Below are positions 59,950 to 64,000 of a stretch of 64,000 nt of DNA, one piece after another. Position 1 is the first letter of the stretch. Each line of letters starts with the position of its first letter. The notes under the pieces were generated by a model, which made no database searches, was not told where the DNA came from, and was given only the letters and a program-made list of their open reading frames with translations. Origin of the DNA: Carcharhinus amblyrhynchos (taxonomy: Eukaryota); contig OZ336873.1 in assembly GCA_965287045.1 (NCBI GenBank), forward strand, positions 37,200,001 to 37,264,000, read 5' to 3'. A program made the translations under genes and the position numbers.

Positions 59950-61465
59950 GTACTATTAAAAAATTGTACTTCTATTTATTGTTGAGCTTAGTCATGAGTT
60001 CCTTAGTGGTATAGTGTAAGAGGCGCATTCTCAGTATTTACCCAGTGGTCTTGATATATATTAAACTATGCAATAATGAAATGTCCTAATCTTTTTTCAA
60101 TCAACAGAATCATCTATTAAAATCACATTATTCTGCACTACTTTTTGAACTCCTTTAATATGTTAGAAACATCTTAAAATCAGTAATTTACAAAAAAGAG
60201 TGATGAACAGATCTGTATTTTAAAAGCCTTTTAGAACTGGATACTCACCAAGTTTAGAAAATAGGTCAATGGACTTGCAATTAGTGGACAGGACCCCAAA
60301 AGAAAGTGATTTTAAGACAGAAAGCAAAAATACACACGCATCAAGGGTGGCTGTTGCAAAACTCATGTATTTGATTAAATGAGTAAGAATTACAGTACCT
60401 CAGCTGTTAGTAGGTATTAAATTTTAGTGAAACTGGATTGTTTCTTCCAGCTTTCCAAGAAAGTGCATATATCAGTCACAAGGGTTTTCATACCTAATAC
60501 AAAATTATTACACAATAAAACACTATCTCTCGTCGGTCGGTGAAGATGAAGCTTTGTCTTAAGCAACTTACCGGTACAGTATATACATTAATGATTTTCC
60601 CTAGACATATGTCATTATGATATATATATACACACACAAGACATAATCTACAATAGCTTCATATTACTCCCTTCAAAATTGTTCAAAAGATGCATTTACG
60701 TAGCAGCAATGTGAAAGTCCAGCACATTTTTCTTCTATACTAAATATACCTATGGGGCAGAAATCTTTATTGTATTTAAAGGTACAATAACAGGAGTTTC
60801 CTTCTATGACCATCGTGCTTATTACTTCACTGAAACTCATCAACATTTAAGATGACGTAAGTGAAAAGCACAGTACAAAGAACCATTTAGAACAGAAATG
60901 GTTTAACCTACAAAAAAACTTGCAATTTCACTTGGTGTTAAAAACAGTAAAGGGTAAACTGCTTACAGAGCAACAGCATTGACATTCAGTTTGAAGTCTG
61001 CAATTTTACAGTTATTTTGTTAATGGAAGGTATGACTGAACAATTAACTGATTGTGAATACTGTAGCAGACTACCAAAACTTTACATTATATATACAGAT
61101 CTTGTTTAGTGAGGAATGGACTTTTGAGGCATTGCACCAATGCCAGTCATGTTAAAACTAGATTACTCACAAATCATAAAATAAGTTAATGCAAGGGCAA
61201 AAATCACCTAACAGAATAGATCTGCAAATGCTAGGAAACTTACATGTTTAAAGCACTCTAGTCCATTAGTATATAGGCCAAGATGCTGAAGACCAGTAGT
61301 TTACACTTGCAACTTGTTTGCAAAGCAAAGTTATCACTAATAAATAAGTTTTTCATACAACACTAAAAGTTAGGCATTGTACAAAAGGTGTTCTCACAAC
61401 ACTTTGGTCCATTGGCCTGAAAGACGCCCCAGATTACTTCCATTGTTGGAATGTTGACTGTCACT
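59950..61465 (-). other. SALL1: SALL1 3' UTR (extent uncertain); candidate AATAAA signals at 60771-60766 and 59980-59975
   Basis: Repeat-free AU-rich sequence immediately after the stop codon. TTTATT occurs on the plus strand at 60766-60771 and 59975-59980. Confidence 0.6.
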
Positions 61466-61906
61466 TCAGTTTGATACAATTTCTTTGTTGTCTTCCACCA
61501 AGCGGGTGAATTTATGGTTCGTTCCATTTTCAGTGGTTGACATTTTCTCCAGACCAGCTAGAGGTGCACTGGGTTCAGTATTGTGAAGCTTCTCCATGCT
61601 TCCCGTTAAACCACTGATGGGCGAGCTGCCACCATTGCCCAGACTAGCAGGGTTTGGAGGAAGTCCACCATTCTGAATCACTGAAATCTCATTGGTCTTC
61701 ATCGCTAAGCCATTCGTTAGTGCCGCTGCGTACTGGTTCCAAAATGAAGAAGGGTCTCCGTCACGAGCTCGAACAGCCAAATCCTTCTGAAGCATTTCCG
61801 TGAATTTAATGGGATTTCCACTTAGGAATGCCATGGGACCATCCACTGAAAGACGCCGGCCTCGCCTTGCAGGGGCACTGTTCCACATGTGTGTCCCCAT
61901 ATGAAC
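61466..61906 (-). CDS. SALL1: Sal-like protein 1, last coding exon (146 aa + TGA)
   Basis: [44 protein letters not shown]...[31 protein letters not shown]...[14 protein letters not shown]. The C-terminus matches SALL1 (human ...FTRFVEDSKEIVTS) better than other SALL paralogues. Confidence 0.97.
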   Translation of the reverse strand, partial: VHMGTHMWNSAPARRGRRLSVDGPMAFLSGNPIKFTEMLQKDLAVRARDGDPSSFWNQYAAALTNGLAMKTNEISVIQNGGLPPNPASLGNGGSSPISGLTGSMEKLHNTEPSAPLAGLEKMSTTENGTNHKFTRLVEDNKEIVSN

Positions 61907-63644
61907 CTGTAATGTCAAAAATCAGATGGAACAAAGTTAGATCAGGCAACCACACAAGAATTGGGTACCAACAAAGACACTGCCATACCCAATCTATGGG
62001 CAAGAAAAATGCATGCATTTTTGGGGCCATGTTCGGCATTTAGCTAAGACTGCTGCATCCAATTTCGTTGTGATAACTCACATTATATCTGACATCACTA
62101 ACACAGCAAGTAAACATCCTTATCAGACAGGGATAAAATATCTTTAACTTGACAGTCTGATTGCTCATCAGAGACAAGCCACTGAAGGTTATTATTCCTC
62201 TCATATTACATGGGCGATCCCAAGAGAAATAGTTTGTCAGAAGAAATCGGCACATATTTGTAGTGCTCAATGGTTTCTTAAATTAAATACTGAACAAAAG
62301 GACATTTAATTTCTTAGAGTCTTTTTTCCACACCTTTGTTAATCCATTTCCTACAAGTGAACAGTTAAACATCAGGATGTAAAATACATTGAATCTTATT
62401 AACTGTTTGCAAGAATTGATTGTTTCACAAATCACATGCACACAATTTAAGCATACTGCAATATTTTCCATTAATATAAATTGTACTTTGATTTTTCTGG
62501 CATAATATCAATTTTCCATATTTTTGACTTTCTTAACACCATGCATTGATTACACTTATATAATTTATTATCCTATTTTTCCACTCTCCTCCAACATCCT
62601 ACCCACCCGACCTTTCACAAGAGACACGGGACTATCTCTGGGCATCTATGCTATCCTCTTTATAGTACAGAATTCTGAAATATGCAGATATCTCTGTACA
62701 CATTGGCAGGCTTCTTGGTCAACCCATGAATACATTCACTGTGACTGATAAAACCAACCCAAGTAAGAGATCAGAGTGCTACTGCCAACCAAGCTGGCAT
62801 CAATCTCAGGATCCACATCCAAACTTGAGTTCTACATTAGGAGATGTCAGTGATCCACCTTGTGCTTTTAAATTTGCCAGATAAACAACTGACAAACAAT
62901 TTGTCTGTGCACTTCATTCCAGCAGTTGATAAATAAAAGTAGAGTCAGTGTCTGAGGTACTATGGTGTGCAGGACTCATTTGATGATTTGGTTTTATTTG
63001 GAGCTCGTGGACAAAGCATCATAGAATCCCTACAGTATAGAAGGAAGCCCTTTGGCCTATCGAGCCTATACCGATGACAATCCCACCAAAGTCTTATTCC
63101 AGGAAAGCCACATATTTACCATGCTAGTCCCTCTGACTATAAGGGGAAATTTACCATGGCCAATCCATTTAACCCACATTATTTTTGAAGAAACCACAAT
63201 AAATTCTGCCTTACAGGCATTTTAATGGGATGTATCAAGCCCTTATTAATCACTGATATCGATAACCTCTTTGATGCATCATCTAATTGGTATAAAACAT
63301 AAATATACTTCAACATTACTGACCCTAATACAGATTGAAACGGTATTGTTCTGAAATAAATGTGGGATTGCATGTTTTCCATTTCGTTGGCTCCAAAGTC
63401 AATTGAGAGGATTCACATTCATTGCTACTGCTGTAGTTGCGTTGCATATAGGATTAGAATTGCATTTTAACAAAGCAAACTGCTTATAATTTGCATCAGG
63501 TAAAACAGCTTACATTGTTCTTCTCACTTTCCTCCTTATGTCTTTAAAGCCAACAGTATGACTAGATGCTGCTGTTTCCATTTCAGTTTAATATCTAAAT
63601 CACATGCACAAATTCAACATATTTAACAGAATGTCGGAAAATAC
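61907..63644 (-). other. SALL1: SALL1 last intron (1738 nt, GT-AG)
   Basis: Donor GTATTT at 63644 and acceptor tttttgacattacAG at 61908-61907. Splicing joins FTTKGNLK to VHMGTH in frame. Confidence 0.93.
63017..63180 (-). mobile_element. HE1-like SINE 3' fragment in the SALL1 intron
   Basis: atcatagaatccctacagt...ttacc...ggccaatcca, as at 32182-32370. Confidence 0.7.
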
Positions 63645-64000
63645 CTTCAAGTTGCCTTTGGTGGTAAAAGCTCTTCCACATATTGTACAGGCAAATGGTT
63701 TTTCACCAGTATGTGTTCTCTCATGTATCTGCAGAGCGCTGGATGAGGAGAATGTTTTCCCACATGCTGTGCAGTAATGCTGTTTCGGTGTTCTTCTTTG
63801 CGGTGCTGGCAGGACAGGCGAGATAGCAGATGCAGACAGAGGCCCTGATGAAATAAGGCTAGCAGGTGGATCTTTACAGTCCTGGGAACACCCATGCATG
63901 AAACCATTGACCTCAGTTTTGATTAGGGATGTCAAACTGTTAGCAGCCACATTTGAAGAGCTCTGATTAGGACCGATATTAGAATTGTTGGGTTCAAACA
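63645..64000 (-). CDS. SALL1: Sal-like protein 1, 3' part of the large penultimate coding exon (runs off the window); contains the last C2H2 double zinc-finger cluster
   Basis: Translates ...[16 protein letters not shown]...[51 protein letters not shown], closely matching recalled human SALL1. It ends at donor AAG|GTATTT (GT at 63644-63643), phase 0, the conserved SALL K|V junction. Confidence 0.97.

Noticed and set aside
63600-63644. C-terminal extension [14 protein letters not shown] of the SALL1 ORF
   Set aside because: This is read-through into the intron past the canonical donor. The true continuation is VHMGTH at 61906.
1-64000. Prokaryote-type systems (CRISPR arrays, operons), rRNA or bona fide tRNA genes
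   Set aside because: None seen. The tRNA-like A/B boxes belong to SINE heads, and the only tandem repeats are diverged eukaryotic duplications.

Overview
AT-rich vertebrate genomic DNA, almost certainly from a shark (elasmobranch), judged from HE1/V-SINE-type tRNA SINEs, Deu-domain SINE, CR1/L2/Rex1 LINE remnants and Penelope-type termini. The right end holds the 3' part of SALL1 on the minus strand: part of the large zinc-finger exon (64000-63645), a 1.74-kb intron, the last coding exon (61906-61466) and the 3' UTR. About 7 kb downstream of the SALL1 stop is a CpG island (~54.2-54.95 kb) with a perfect CRE, a G16/C17 hairpin and a Kozak ATG opening a 103-nt exon with a GT donor. Several exon-shaped segments follow on the same strand, which suggests an unrecognised spliced transcription unit; this is inferred only. 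The rest is repeat-rich gene-desert sequence. It includes an SNRPG retrocopy, a decayed Gypsy pol, nested CR1s, a tandem triplication with nested insertions, Penelope termini with hammerhead-ribozyme cores, a family of GGGC-ended non-autonomous DNA elements and several repeat-free enhancer-like blocks. All homology calls come from recalled sequences, not database searches. Repeat boundaries are approximate.
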